The notes under the pieces are model-generated. The model was given only the letters and a program-made list of their open reading frames with translations. It was not told where the DNA came from and did not search any database. A DNA stretch of 64,000 bases from Cladosporium halotolerans (taxonomy: Eukaryota), in contig NW_027191457.1 of the NCBI RefSeq assembly GCF_011745625.1, positions 124,001 to 188,000 on the forward strand. Reading direction: 5' to 3'. Of the stretch, positions 49,134 to 61,666 are shown in pieces; within the stretch, counting starts at the first letter, position 1; every line of letters begins with the position of its first letter. The translations under genes were made by a program, and so were the position numbers.

Positions 49134-49373
49134 TCACTCTCCCCTCCCCTCGCCCAGCATCCTAGCGCTCCGCCACGGCTCCGTCGCCCGCCTGCAGCGC
49201 GCCCGCAGCCGCGCCTCGCGCTGCGCTTCGCTCATGTTGGAGTTGTCTTCGCGCGGGGCGAGCGGGAGGGTTGTGGTGAGGAGTTCGGCGGGGACGGAGG
49301 AGGGGCTGGAGGAGGAGGTGGAAGGGGTTCGGGAAGGGATGGAGGAGCGGCGGAGGGGGAAGGGGATGTGCAT
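49134..49373 (-). CDS. Possible small protein (79 aa)
   Basis: ACAAAAATG start context; MHIPFPLRRSSIPSRTPSTSSSSPSSVPAELL...MSEAQREARLRARCRRATEPWRSARM. It is preceded by a CA-rich leader but lies in a compositionally biased tract. Confidence 0.4.
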   Translation of the reverse strand: MHIPFPLRRSSIPSRTPSTSSSSPSSVPAELLTTTLPLAPREDNSNMSEAQREARLRARCRRATEPWRSARMLGEGRGE

Positions 49374-50406
49374 TTTTGTGGGTGGAGGTTGGGGTTTTGG
49401 GTGGGTGGTGGTGAGTGAGTTCTTGATGGTGCTGATTGTGGTGCAGACGTTCAGATGTCGATGGGTGCTCTGGCGAGGTTGGTTGGTCGAGGGTCTTGGT
49501 TTCTTTGTTTGTACTGCTTGCTTGACACTCGAGACCCTGTGTTCCGGTGGTAAGGTGAAGTATGCTGCAGATGCTGATGATGATGATGATCTCTTACATT
49601 CCAGCAAACTCGACGCAATCAGGGAACAGTCGCATACTTATCCCCTCCGGTCTATCTCAGATCCTCCGGATATTCGGCTTCAAGCCACGGCAGCCTGGAC
49701 CGCCGGAGCTATCACGCCTTCATCACCTCGATAAGGCACAACGAATGTAAGCGGCTCCGGGCGGAACAAAGAACGTGACTCGGCCGGCGGGCGTTAGGGC
49801 TTGACGCCGTGAGAGTCGTCCCGTGCGCTCATTGGGCGCCTTTGTTTGCCAGCGGACGTAAATGGACTTAAGGTGGTGATATTTACGTGATGGGCCTGTC
49901 AGGATGAGAGCTACCTTTCTTGAGGTTGTTTAAGCAACTGTGATCGTCTGTCTTGAAGGGCGAAACCGTCGAGTTGATAGGCTTGTTTGCTTTGCGACCG
50001 AAGTCGGAGCCCCAGGCTTTGGTGTGCTGTCCGCACTTACCCCTCCTGACCTACCTGGACGCGACATGCCTTGCCACGACTTGCACGTGGATTAGGTACA
50101 ACATGGAGCTGTCGGTACGCTTCTTTGAGCTATAGCACCTTGTCGCGTCATACGGATGAGCTCGACGCTTGGTTTGAGCGACGTGAGCGGAGCATTGTGG
50201 ACAGGATCATCATGGCCTAACCGAACCCCTCACTGGATGACAACATCCAAGGTAATGAGCGAGCTTCGTGAAACATGCAAGGTAGCAGGGACGCATCTTC
50301 TCTACCTTCGTCTGAAAGAGCTTGACTTTGTTGTTATATTTACTTGATATAGTTTGGAGCTGGACGACATCTGACTAGAAATCTACACGTCGATTACTAC
50401 CTTACA

Positions 50407-51678
50407 ATGTCACAAACACAGCAGCTCGTACACTCAAAAGGGATCTTCCATGGCCTCCCTGTATATCCCGCCGAAACCAACGGCCTCACAGCGATCATAA
50501 CCGGCGCGAATGGCATCAGCGGCCACTACATGCTACGAGTCCTGGCCGAATCTCCTCAGCGCTGGAAGAAAATCTACTGCCTCTCCCGCCGCCCGCCCAA
50601 CATCCCCAATGGCCTCCCAAAGAACGCCGAGCACATCCCTCTCGACTTTCTCCAAGACCCCGACCGTATCGCATCCACCCTCAAAGAACACAACGTCACC
50701 GCCGACCACGTCTTCTTCTTCTCCTACCTCCAACCGCCCCCCAAACCCGGCCAAGGCCTCTGGTCCGACGCCGACGAGATGGTCCGCGTCAACACCGACC
50801 TCCTCCGCAACTTCCTGCAAGCCCTCGAAGCCGCAGCCATCACGCCCTCGCGCTTCATGCTCCAAACCGGCGCAAAGAAATACGGCATCCACCTCGGCCC
50901 CACCAAGCTCCCCCAGGAGGAAAGCGACCCGCGCGTCGAGCTCGAGCCCAACTTCTACTACCCGCAGGAAGACCTGCTGGCCGCGTACAGCGCGCGCAGC
51001 GGCTGCGGCTGGAACGTCGCGATGCCCGGGCCCATCACGGGCGCCGTCCCGGACGCCGCGATGAACTACGCCTACCCCTTGGCCGTCTACGCGGGCGTCT
51101 GCGGGCGCCTGGGCCTGCCGCTCGAGTTCCCCGGCGACGAGGCCAGCTGGCAGATGAACCAGAGCATGAGCTACGCGCGCATGAACGCGTACCTGGAGGA
51201 GTGGGCGGTGCTGCTGGGCCCCGCGGGGGAGATGTTCAATGCGTTTGATGGCAGCGCGTTCACGTGGGAGGCGGCGTGGCCGAAGGTGGCGGGGTGGTTT
51301 GGGTTGGAGTTCAGGGGGCCGAGGGACGGGGATGAGTATGGGCGGGTGGAGACGAGGTTCAATCCGAGGGGGTATGGGGGGAAGGGAGTGGTTAGGAGTA
51401 AGTTTAGTATGGCGGAGTGGGCGAAGAGGGGGGAGGTGCAGAAGGCGTGGAAGGAGATGGCGGGGGAGTTTGGGCTGTCTGTTCCGGATGAGGGCGAGTT
51501 GGATCGCATTTTCGGGTTCTTGGACGGGACGTTGTGCAGGCCGGCGCCGCTGTTGTACAGCCCGGACAAGGCTAGGAAGTGTGGTTGGCACGGGTTCGTG
51601 GATTCTTGCGATGCTTTGAGGGAAACCTTTGAGGATCTGGCGAAGCTGAAGATGGCACCGCCGATGTCTAAGGCCTGA
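50407..51678 (+). CDS. PRISE-type SDR (progesterone 5-beta-reductase/SirQ-like)
   Basis: AIITGANGISG, IYCLSRRPP, FMLQTGAKKYG and EPNFYYPQED. Confidence 0.88.
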   Translation: MSQTQQLVHSKGIFHGLPVYPAETNGLTAIITGANGISGHYMLRVLAESPQRWKKIYCLSRRPPNIPNGLPKNAEHIPLDFLQDPDRIASTLKEHNVTADHVFFFSYLQPPPKPGQGLWSDADEMVRVNTDLLRNFLQALEAAAITPSRFMLQTGAKKYGIHLGPTKLPQEESDPRVELEPNFYYPQEDLLAAYSARSGCGWNVAMPGPITGAVPDAAMNYAYPLAVYAGVCGRLGLPLEFPGDEASWQMNQSMSYARMNAYLEEWAVLLGPAGEMFNAFDGSAFTWEAAWPKVAGWFGLEFRGPRDGDEYGRVETRFNPRGYGGKGVVRSKFSMAEWAKRGEVQKAWKEMAGEFGLSVPDEGELDRIFGFLDGTLCRPAPLLYSPDKARKCGWHGFVDSCDALRETFEDLAKLKMAPPMSKA

Positions 51679-52141
51679 AGGTGAGACGTTCAACCCAAAA
51701 TCTTCAATTGAATTGTTCTGTAGTCAGCGCCTCGCGTGCAGAGGGCAATGCTCTTAACAGCCAAAATGTGTCACATGACGTCCTGACCGACAAAAGTAAA
51801 CCCGCGGCTAATGGCAGAAACAGCTAGATGTGACTTTGAACTCGAGTCGTACAAACGTAGTCACTGAGGTAGGCATCCATGATTCTGCAATCTAATAGAT
51901 ATTGTGGAGATGAATTGCAAGGCCGATGGCGTCGAGCTTGTCTTCGGTGGGGAGCTCTCAAACCGCGCTAGAGGCGCGTCCAGCGCGTCGCCATTCAGCT
52001 TGCTGCAGCGGTCTGACCTTTGACCGGCGCATTGCGACAATTCTGGCACTTTGCGCCGACCAAGAATTGCAACCTCTCACACCGGACATGCACACAGCGT
52101 AGAGGCCGACACATCGCAAGCGCCAATACGCAGTTTCCGAT

Positions 52142-55100
52142 ATGGCGCGCGCCAGCAGAAGACGGGCTGCGAGCCCTGAACCGGTCGAGGAGCCACAGGA
52201 GTTGGAAGTGGAGCAGCAGTCACAGGACGAAGAAATGGAGGTCGAGGAAGAGGCCGAGCAGGAAGCCGCGCAGGTGCTTGAGTTCGACGAGCCTCTTACA
52301 TGGCGCGCTGGACGCCCTATCCCCGTTGCGGACCTTCTGCGTCGTCTCAAAAAACTACATGACGAGCTGTCGGCTATGGAGCAGTTCGAGGTCGAAGATC
52401 AGGCAGGTCGTGATTCTGTCACGCCCAAAGCTCAGGAACTCGGAAACACGCAATTGTTGGGCCACAAAGACAAAGGTGTCAAGGCTTGGACGCTGGCTTG
52501 CATCGTCCAGATGTTCCGCGTACTTGCACCCAATGCGCCTTACAAGGCTGGCCAACTGCGAGAGATCTTTTCTCTCGTTGCGTCGACTGTCATTCCGGCC
52601 CTCGCAAACTCGTCTGGACCCTACCAACAGCAGTATCTGGACATCTTGGACTCGCTTGCGAACCTGCGCTCTATCGTTCTGATTACTGACCTTCCTGGCT
52701 CGGAGAATCTCATCTTGACGCTATTCGCGAACTGTTTCGACCTGCTATCAGGGAACATCAAAGGCGCGGGCGTGGAGCAGGTGGCCAAGACTGTGCAGTA
52801 CAACCTGACAATTGCGCTCTCTGCGATTCTTCAAGAAGGTGGAAAGCCGCCTGATGGAGTCCTGGATATCCTACTGGCACAATTCTTGAGAGCTGATCCG
52901 GAGACTATGGCTCAGAGTGGTGCCCCGGCTCCCAGAACACTGGAAGACATCTCACCCGCCTACAACCTGGCGAGGTCGATATGCAACCACTGTGCAGACT
53001 CCCTGAGTGTTGCGGTCGGCAATTACTACAGCTCAGTACTCGTCGACGCTTCAGAAGCTCCTACTACTTCGAAGCTCGGCAAATCCAAAGGACGTAAGCG
53101 TACACACGATGAGAGTGAGAATGAGTCTGATGACGGGTTGATGACACCGCCCGTCGAGCAGGACTTCAGAGATGTCGAGAAAGCACACAGTCTCTTGAGA
53201 GAGCTGTGGCGTACTTCGGCTGAAGTCATCGACGCCGTCATCCCTCAGGTCACTTCGGAAATGACAGCCGAGAATGTTCAAATCAGGACGCTGGCTGTCC
53301 AGACAGTCGGCGACATGATCGCGGGCATAGGTGCTGCCGGCCCTCCACCACCGGAACCGCTCGACCCTGCAGCGTATCCGTCACCAAGCTTGGAATCTTC
53401 GGCTCCGCAGCAGCAGGAAAATGCGCTCTTCAAGCCAATTGCGCCTCATGACTTCTCATCTAAGTATCCTGAATGCTATCACGAGTTCCTCAAGCGAAGA
53501 TCTGACCGGTCGCCAAACATCCGAAGCGCATGGGCAACGGCTGCAGCCCGCATTGTTCTGACCTCTGGAGGCAACCGGGGTCTTGACGCCGATCAAGAAA
53601 CCAACTTCTTAAATGGACTAGCAGACATGCTTCTCGACTCCGATGAGAAAGTTCGCTTGGCTGCAGTGCAGGCCATCGCGGGCTTCAGCTTCGATGCTAT
53701 CATTCAGAAGTTGGGAAAGAGCGGCGGAGTCTTGACGGAAAAGTCGTTGCTCAATAACTTGGCTGGTCGTATCAAGGATCCCAAAGCTCACGTCCGCACA
53801 GCTGCCATAGAGCTGCTTGCACGCATTTGGGGCGTTGCTTCAGGCGCCATTGGTGAGGGCAGCGAACGAGCTCGCACGCTGCTCGGTGCCATCCCGTCAT
53901 CCATCCTGGGCGCCGTGTACATCAACAATCCTCACATCAACGCACTCGTTTATCGCGCCTTACATGAGTCGCTATTGCCAGTCAGCTACCCCCGTATCAA
54001 ATCTAACAAGGTCACTTCGCAGCGTGTTGCGGACAGCCAGAATGGATCAACGTCAAGCCTGGACCCAGACACCATTCGTGTTGAGCGTATTCTCGTGCTC
54101 ATGCGGGACCTCGATGCCCGTGCACGTACTGTATTCTACAAGCTGCAACAGCACCAGGCGGCATTCGCGAAGTACATGGAGGTCTTCCTCAAGACGAGTG
54201 AGTCCCTGCACGGCGATGACACGGAATCATCGCAGAAAGAGGACAAGAAGAAGCTTGCCACATACGTTGAACAGCTTGCAAAACTCATGCCAGATCCCCA
54301 ACTTGCGGCTGAACATTTGCAGAAGTTCTCCAAACACCACGACCGTCGCGCCAATCAATTGATTCGCTTCTGCTATGCTGCGGATAGCGACTACCGCAAG
54401 ATCACGAAAGCTATGAAGGAGTTCTCGAAGCGCCTCGAGGATGCCCCTGCTCCGATGCCAACAGTACTAGAGACTATGTTACCTTTGATGCGTATCGTTT
54501 CGATCTTGGTCTTCAACCAGAGCCATGTAACTCCGATGGGCAATATTGCGAGGACGAACGAGAAGGACCTTAGCTCCACAGCACATGAACTACTACAAGA
54601 GATTTCGACGCAAAGACCAGAAGCGTTTAAGGTGCAAGCAAAGGAATACGTGCAGACACTCAAGAAGCAGGCACCAACAGCGACAACACCCAATGACCCT
54701 GAGGCTGTTGAGATACTCAAGTCTTGCGCGCACTTCGCTCAGCGATCGCCGAACGATATGCCGAAGGACCGTGATTTCTACGAAGCCATGGGCGCATTCG
54801 CTCTTCACGGATCGCCTCCCAAGGCCTCGAAACACGCGATCACTGTCATAGCGTCGTCCGCTTCCAAGAAAGACATGTACGCCAACGATATTCTGAAGCA
54901 ATGTCTTGAAACAGCCGAGTACGGCGCAGAGCACTTCCTCTCTAAGCTGGCTGCGATAAGTCAGATCTGCCTCCTAATGAGTGGGGAGGTTCAGGAGCAG
55001 AGTGAAGAGGCAGTTACCGCATTGGTGATTGGCAAGATCCTGAGACAAGTGCGAACGCCTGCAGAGGAGAATGATCCCGAATGGACCGACGACATTGACG

Positions 55101-56503
55101 ACGACCTAGCATCCAAGCTCTGGGCCCTCAAGATCCTAGTGAACAACATTCGTGGTCGTGTCGGTCTGATAACGGACGATGCGCAAAAGTCAGCGTTTAG
55201 AGCAACGGCAAATCCGGTCTACAAGCTGCTCAATACTCTAATTGAGAATGAGGGTGAACTCTCAAAGACCACGACGACACCAAAGCATCACAGATCATCA
55301 ATGCGTCTCGCCGCCGCTGTGCAACTGCTAAAGCTTTGCTGCGACCGTACCTTGCACAGCTTCTTCTCTCATGCCGACTTCAACCGCCTAGCGAAGGTTG
55401 CTCAAGACCCTCTCCCGGAGGTCAGAGCTGGCTTTGTAAGGACTGTCAAGAAGTATCTTGGACAAGGCAAGCTCCCGCAGCGCTTCTATGGCCTGGTCTT
55501 TATGTACGCTTTCGAACCTTCGAAGGAAGTTAAAGAAAGCACGACTACCTGGCTTAAAGCCCGCGCTGCGATGGCTGGCAAGGGTAACGACCCAACCATG
55601 GTTCAAGTGTTCGTTCGCTTTCTCAGCTTGCTCGCACACCACCAAGACTTTTCGCCGGAAGCAGGTGAGCTTGAGGACTTTGTCGAGTACATCATGTTCT
55701 ACCTCAAGTGCGTGGCCACAGAGAGCAATATTCCCCTGATCTACCACCTCGCTCAGCGCGTCAAGACCGTGCAAGACGGCATCGACCAGAGCAAGACCGA
55801 GAACCTCTACGTCCTTTCCGACCTCGCGCAAGCGATCATCAAACGCTTCCAGGAGGAGAAGGGCTGGAGCTTGCAAGTCTACCCGAGCAAGGTCCGCATC
55901 CCTGCCGGTCCGTTCGCACCGCTTGCGGATCACCAGACTGCCCAGGAGATCTCAGAAAAGCGTTACTTGCCCGACGAGCTGGACGAGGACGTGATCGCCG
56001 ATCTCGTCAGAGCAAGCCTCAGGCCAAAGAAGCGCAAGGCCGAGGGCACCGCGTCGAAACAGCCGGCAAAGAAGACGAAATCGTCCGCCAGCGCCGCTGC
56101 GCCGAAGAAGACTCCCGCTCGCAAGGTGCCAAAGCCTGCCAAGACGCCTAAGAAGAAGATCGAGGACACAATCCCCGAGAGCGAGCGCAGAAAGAGCGCG
56201 CGCGTCTCGACGGCCAAGAGCTATGTCGAGCAAAGCGATTCGGAGGAGGACGAGCCGGACAACGAGGAAGAGGGAGAGAGCGCCAACGAAGACGTCGAGT
56301 CCGACACGCCTCCTAGCAGTCACCCCACTCCCGCGGCCGCTCGTGCGCCGCCACCGGCTTCTTCTCAAGAGACCAAGAAGCGGGGCAAACAGCCGCAGAG
56401 GGCTCCTACGAGGAGGCTGCCGACTCGCGGAGGGAGGAGGAATGGGAAGGCAGAAGACAGCGACGAGGAGCTGTCGGATGCGCCTAGTGATTTGGAGGCT
56501 TAG
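52142..56503 (+). CDS. PDS5: Sister chromatid cohesion protein Pds5 (Spo76/BimD)
   Basis: LTWRAGRPIPVADLLRRLKKLHDEL, LLGHKDKGVKAWTLAC, LAPNAPY, HEAT repeats, RFLSLLAHHQDF, ENLYVLSDLAQ and a charged C-terminal tail; 1453 aa. Confidence 0.95.
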   Translation: MARASRRRAASPEPVEEPQELEVEQQSQDEEMEVEEEAEQEAAQVLEFDEPLTWRAGRPIPVADLLRRLKKLHDELSAMEQFEVEDQAGRDSVTPKAQELGNTQLLGHKDKGVKAWTLACIVQMFRVLAPNAPYKAGQLREIFSLVASTVIPALANSSGPYQQQYLDILDSLANLRSIVLITDLPGSENLILTLFANCFDLLSGNIKGAGVEQVAKTVQYNLTIALSAILQEGGKPPDGVLDILLAQFLRADPETMAQSGAPAPRTLEDISPAYNLARSICNHCADSLSVAVGNYYSSVLVDASEAPTTSKLGKSKGRKRTHDESENESDDGLMTPPVEQDFRDVEKAHSLLRELWRTSAEVIDAVIPQVTSEMTAENVQIRTLAVQTVGDMIAGIGAAGPPPPEPLDPAAYPSPSLESSAPQQQENALFKPIAPHDFSSKYPECYHEFLKRRSDRSPNIRSAWATAAARIVLTSGGNRGLDADQETNFLNGLADMLLDSDEKVRLAAVQAIAGFSFDAIIQKLGKSGGVLTEKSLLNNLAGRIKDPKAHVRTAAIELLARIWGVASGAIGEGSERARTLLGAIPSSILGAVYINNPHINALVYRALHESLLPVSYPRIKSNKVTSQRVADSQNGSTSSLDPDTIRVERILVLMRDLDARARTVFYKLQQHQAAFAKYMEVFLKTSESLHGDDTESSQKEDKKKLATYVEQLAKLMPDPQLAAEHLQKFSKHHDRRANQLIRFCYAADSDYRKITKAMKEFSKRLEDAPAPMPTVLETMLPLMRIVSILVFNQSHVTPMGNIARTNEKDLSSTAHELLQEISTQRPEAFKVQAKEYVQTLKKQAPTATTPNDPEAVEILKSCAHFAQRSPNDMPKDRDFYEAMGAFALHGSPPKASKHAITVIASSASKKDMYANDILKQCLETAEYGAEHFLSKLAAISQICLLMSGEVQEQSEEAVTALVIGKILRQVRTPAEENDPEWTDDIDDDLASKLWALKILVNNIRGRVGLITDDAQKSAFRATANPVYKLLNTLIENEGELSKTTTTPKHHRSSMRLAAAVQLLKLCCDRTLHSFFSHADFNRLAKVAQDPLPEVRAGFVRTVKKYLGQGKLPQRFYGLVFMYAFEPSKEVKESTTTWLKARAAMAGKGNDPTMVQVFVRFLSLLAHHQDFSPEAGELEDFVEYIMFYLKCVATESNIPLIYHLAQRVKTVQDGIDQSKTENLYVLSDLAQAIIKRFQEEKGWSLQVYPSKVRIPAGPFAPLADHQTAQEISEKRYLPDELDEDVIADLVRASLRPKKRKAEGTASKQPAKKTKSSASAAAPKKTPARKVPKPAKTPKKKIEDTIPESERRKSARVSTAKSYVEQSDSEEDEPDNEEEGESANEDVESDTPPSSHPTPAAARAPPPASSQETKKRGKQPQRAPTRRLPTRGGRRNGKAEDSDEELSDAPSDLEA

Positions 56504-56880
56504 GCACACTCCACGAGGAGATTTTTGCGTGGTCTTAATTATGACATGTTTGGCGAGGAAGCATTTGAGCGTTCAATGGAAAAAACGGCGTCTGCAATCG
56601 ATTATTTTCTACTCACTGAGCGCGGCTGTGAGGACATGCTTTGGTGTTCTCTTCTCTTTTTTCTTTCCTTCTTTCCAGAGCGAGGTGTCGCCAGGGTGTT
56701 GCATGCTCACATACACAGCAGTATTTACTGATTCATTAGCTACGGCGAGCGATCACGAAGGCATAGCTAGCGCACAAAGTCGTATAGGCAGGCGAAGAAA
56801 TGCTTAATCATGACTGCGTTCCGTTCGTCTAATCTATCGTATTGTTTCAACAGAGAACCTGGGTGCGCACGCAAAACACA

Positions 56881-59800
56881 CTACCACGCGAACTTGGCAA
56901 AGAACTTGCCAGGATACCTCCTGACCAGGAACTTCCGCCCCTCGTCCAACAGCAACAGGCCCATGCCGAACGCCATCGGCAGGAACCAGTGCTCGACCGG
57001 CACGGTGGTCGTGTCGAGCACGGCGTGGAATTTGGGCACGTAGAGGAAGAAGATGGCGATGAGCAGCGAGAAGATGATCGCCGGCAGCAGGTACCAGTTC
57101 CAGGCGTGTTGCAGGAGAGAGAGGCGGCGCGTGCGCAGCGCGAAGAGGTTGAACCATTGCCTTCAAGAAAGTCAGTGTCGGAGAACGTGGATTGGGAAAG
57201 GGCAAGGGTGGACTTACATGACGACCAGATTAACGAAGTAGATCGAGCTGGCTCTGTTCAGAATGGCGGTCTTGGCATCCTCGCTCATGCCGTCCGGCGT
57301 CGCGCCGAAGCCGAACCACAGCACTGAGAAGTACAGGCCCTGGCGCTGGCAGTACCAGTACGCCATCGCGAAAGACGACACTGTCTCGATCATGCCGGCG
57401 AAGCCGTAGGCTTGCAGGATCAGCTTCCAGTCGACGAGGCGGTCCTTTTTGGCGTTGCGGGGCGGGCGGGTCAGGACGTCTGCTTCGGGCTCTTCGTACG
57501 CGATGGCGGTCGCGGCGGCGCAGTCGGTGAAGCAGCAGATGATGATCATGAGGAAGCTGCTGAGGATCTGCGGCAGGCCGAACATCACGTTCGTGATGAC
57601 GGGCCAGAATTCGGAGAAGCTGCCAGCCGGGAGGAGGTAGGCGATGGTCTTTTTGAGGTTGTCGTAGACAACGCGGCCGTATTTGACGGCTTCGACGATG
57701 GCGGCGAAAGAATCCATGAGGACCATGTCTGCGGCTTCGATCGCGATATCGGATCCGTTTCCCATGGCGATGCCAATGTCTGCGGCCTTGAGTGAAGGAG
57801 CATCGTTCACGCCGTCGCCAGTCATACCGACGGTGAGATCGCGTGCCTGTAGCTCTTTGACGATGCGAAGTTTATGTTCTGGTGTTGTCCTGGCGAAGAC
57901 GACTTCATCGTACTTGCACAGCTTGTCCCACTGGCTGTCGTCCAGAGTCTCGATATCCGATCCGGAGAGAACGATGGCGTGGCAGCGGTCTGTCTCAAAG
58001 GAGGCGGGCTCCTTGATACCGGCGCTTTCGAGATAGTCTTTACCAAAAACCAGGTTGGTCACGTCGTCGACCTTATTCTTAGGCTGCGTAATGATACCGC
58101 AATCAGCAGCGATAGCGCCAGCCGTGAGCTTGAAGTCGCCGGTGACCATAAATACTCGGATGCCAGCAGTGCGAAGTGTGCGGACAACCTCAGGAATTTC
58201 CAGCCTTGGAGGATCAACGATGGCGACCAAGCCAACGAGGGTGAGCTCAGAAGTTGCGCGTCCCATGATGTCGGTTTCGTATTCACGCGGCTGGTCGCTG
58301 GGGTTGAAGTGAAGATTGTCCAGCCTTTTCTTTGCGAGCAAGATGACGCGCTTTCCTTGCGATGACCAGGTATCTTTCATGCCTTCGAGGACTTTACGGT
58401 CTCCTTGGCTAATGGCCTCGGCGAACCCATCCTTATCCATGTAAGACCCACAACGCGGCAGGAGAATGTCGGGCGCGCCCTTGATCATCATCACAACTCC
58501 ATTCTCTGGAGCGGAGTCTGATTGGACAATGTTGATGGCGAACTTATTCTTGCTGTTGAAAGTGACTTGGAAGATTGATCTCCAGTAGGCGCGCAGAGAG
58601 CTGACGGGTGTCAGAGCTTCCGCAAAGCGAAGGATGGCAGAGTCTGTAGCGTCGCCGTTGATCTTGCGGCCTTCAAGCGGGTCTCTGAGTGTAGACGCAT
58701 CGAACTCAGCAGCGTTGCAGACCGCGCTGACATTTGCCAGCTCGCGGACGACCTTGCTGTTTTCGTACAGGCCGACCGCTTCCTTCGCAGAGTACTTTTG
58801 TTTTCCAACAAGGCAATCCGTAACAGACATCTGATTCCTTGTGAGCGTTCCTGTCTTGTCTGAACATATCACATTTACGGAGCCCAATGTCTCGACCGTC
58901 TTCAAGCTCTTGCAGAGGATCTGGTTCCTCTTCATGATGTTGGCGGTAATCGTGAGACTGGCCGTCACGGCAATTGGCAGGCCTTCTGGAATGAATGCGA
59001 CGGCGACCGAGACGCAGTCGACGATAAGGACCGGCACGGAGATCCAGTCAGGATATTCGCGACGCAGCCAGCCAGCCCATAAGCTGATGACAAGGATGAC
59101 CTAACAATGTTAGCATATCCAGACAACGAGTTTTTGTAGATAGACACCGCTTACCATTGTAAGCATGAGAGTAACAATGATACCAATGAAGATCAGGATT
59201 TCCTTCTGCAAGGGTGTGAGGCCAGACTTCGGTGTACTTGTAAGCTTTGCAATCCGGCCGAAAACAGTGCGGTCTCCAGTCTCGACGACAAGGCCCCAAG
59301 CACTACCTGAGACACAGTGTGTGCCAGCCATGCCGATACACGCAGTCTCGAGGTAGTTGTCATCAGTAGATTCAACAGAGCCAAGAAGAGGTGCAGTCTC
59401 GCCTGTCAAGATCGAACGGTCGAAACGGGCGTCGGGAGACACCTCAACGAAGCGGACATCTGCAGGGAGTCTGTTGCCAATCGTGATGCGGAGCATGTCT
59501 CCTGGAACCACGTCGCGTCCGTCAATTTGAGTCTGCTGACCATCGCGTAGTACAACACACTGGTCAGGCAACATGCCTGTGATGGAAGCCATGACCCGCG
59601 AGCTCGAGAAATCTTGCCAGAACGAGAAGGCGGCCTGGAGAAGCCAGACGATTGCGAGCACGATCGCAAGGGCCAAGTTCGCAATCGCTGGAGGCTGCCC
59701 TAGAGGCTTCCAAGCAATGAACACAAGAATTGACGCGACAAAAAGAATAGATCCGAAGCCGCCAAAAAGATATGTGATCAACTTGCGAAACCATCTTGAA

Positions 59801-60357
59801 GGCGGAGGCGTAGGCTGGTTAGGGCCAACCTCTTTGAGCTTTTGCAAGACAGTTGCGCCGGGAAGACCTGCGCCACGAGAACTTGATAGCTGGCTGAATA
59901 GTTCGTCTGCAGGCGTTTTGTGATGTTGAATGTTGTTGAACTCTGCACGGCCGGTCAGCTTGGGTTGATCCGTCAGCTGCATATCGCAACGCCGTACCAA
60001 TTTCCGCGCTCTTTGACTTGATATCTTTCTTCTTCTTTCCAGCCGTCTTTTCGGCGAACTTGGTGCGCTTGCTGTGCTCGATGTCGTAGGACCTTATACA
60101 ATGTCAGTCCGAGTCGAGGACCGCAGGCAACACGGCAGATCTCACATAGTCCTGTACTGCGGCGGAAGAGCAAGAGCAGGATCGATGCTTCTTCGCGCCG
60201 GTCGTATTGACATCGAGTCCATAGAGCCGCGCCTGCTCCTCGACCGCAGTCTGCTCTCTTGCCGTCCAACCTCGGGAGCATAGCGGATGCGACTCCGTTG
60301 CCGCTCGAGGTCGACGGTGTCGACATCGACTTCGTTGTGTTTCTCGAGTTTCTCCAT
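56881..60357 (-). CDS. Type IIC P-type ATPase (Na+/K+-ATPase-like, fungal ACU type); exons 60357-60146, 60092-59998, 59942-59155, 59100-57218, 57160-56881
   Basis: DRSILTGET, VAFIPEGLP, CKSLKTVETLGSVNVICSDKTGTLT, KGAPD, MVTGD, TGDGVNDAP, LKKTIAYLLPAGSFSEFWP and a C-terminal KFAW*. Four GT-AG introns. Confidence 0.92.
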
Positions 60358-61666
60358 TGCAAGTGTTGGCAACGAAAGGGGAGAGGGGAGAGGACGATAA
60401 GAAGAGAGAAAGTGAGAACAGAGTAATGCAAGACGAGCTGATGGCGGCAGCTGGGGCCTCTTGTAGTCAGGAAAATAACCTACAACCTTGGCCGCACGAG
60501 GGCGGCGCAGACACGTGAAGACGTTGATTGAACGTGGGAGCGAGGGCTATCGTGACGAGATACCTGACACGGCAAAGGCTGTGCAACCCAGTGGCTGGAA
60601 AAGGTCAAGTGCTGGTTGGGAGGCACCGCAACAGTCGATGGAGCAATGCAATGTCGCTTGCGCCATCAAATGGGCCCTCGTTCCCAACTAATGGTCACGA
60701 TTACGCCGCTGACCAGGTCGATGCCGCAAAGCATCAGAAGGCTGGGACGTCCCGCGCGCATTCCAGCAGGGCCGTGTTGCTGGATCGTATGAGCGATTTA
60801 CGGCGCGTGGGAGTGCGGTATTTTCGAGCCAGCTGGACAACAGCGCGCGTTGCCTCAAGGGGAATCAAATATGCTGCTCCCGCTCCCATAAGCGTGGGGA
60901 GACCAGTGAACTCAAGGGCACAGCCTCCGTGAGCTTGTGACCGTGAGCGTGCATTTGGCCGAGGTGAGTTTAAGGCTCGTGGTGAGAAAAGCTTGGTTTC
61001 GGTCCTTGTTTTGGCAACGGGCGGACCCTTTCGAGCAAGCCTCCGTTGCGCTTCGTGTGGGCTGCTCGCGTGAGGTACGCTGCTCAATCTCTTTTTTTCC
61101 TCTTCGAAGTATAATATCACCATTCTGACCACGGCATCAGATCAAATGTCGTGTCGCGTAATGAAAGGAGGTTGCTGTTGATGGAGCTAAAGGTGTTCGT
61201 GCTAACGCCTCCCACGCGTCTGGATAATCGCGCGCCCCAGGACCCACTAGGACAAGCGAAACCACCGAATGGCATCGATCTGCAGGGCAGCCGTCGTTTG
61301 ACGAAGTCTCACTTGACCGCTTCGGCCTCCCGGCGCAGCCTTCCCATCTACACCGGGCTTGACGAGAGCCTCTTGATTCAAGCACATACCGGTTTCGTAG
61401 GTATAAGCGAGAAACGAGAAGCGGCAGACTCTAAAGTAAGGGTGGAAGATGGGAAACGTGGGAGATCAGCCACGTGCCCTGCACGACAACCAATCTTCAC
61501 CGTCAAGGCGAAGGGGTTATCGGGCTGGGTAATGATACTTTGCGGCGAAAGAAATGCATGGCCTCGTGCTCTAGTGGATATCTCTAATGTATGCAATGCC
61601 AAAACGCCACGCTTAAATGCGAAGAAACAAAGATCGACCTCGAGTCGAGTGACTGGAGAGATCGCG

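Noticed and set aside
41631..51678. Secondary-metabolite cluster (MDR reductase, PRISE SDR)
   Set aside because: No PKS, NRPS, terpene synthase or cluster transcription factor in the window, and the genes are not adjacent.
60488..61660. Short ORFs between the ATPase and NSE4
   Set aside because: No codon bias, splice structure or recognisable motifs; likely promoter and 3' UTR sequence.
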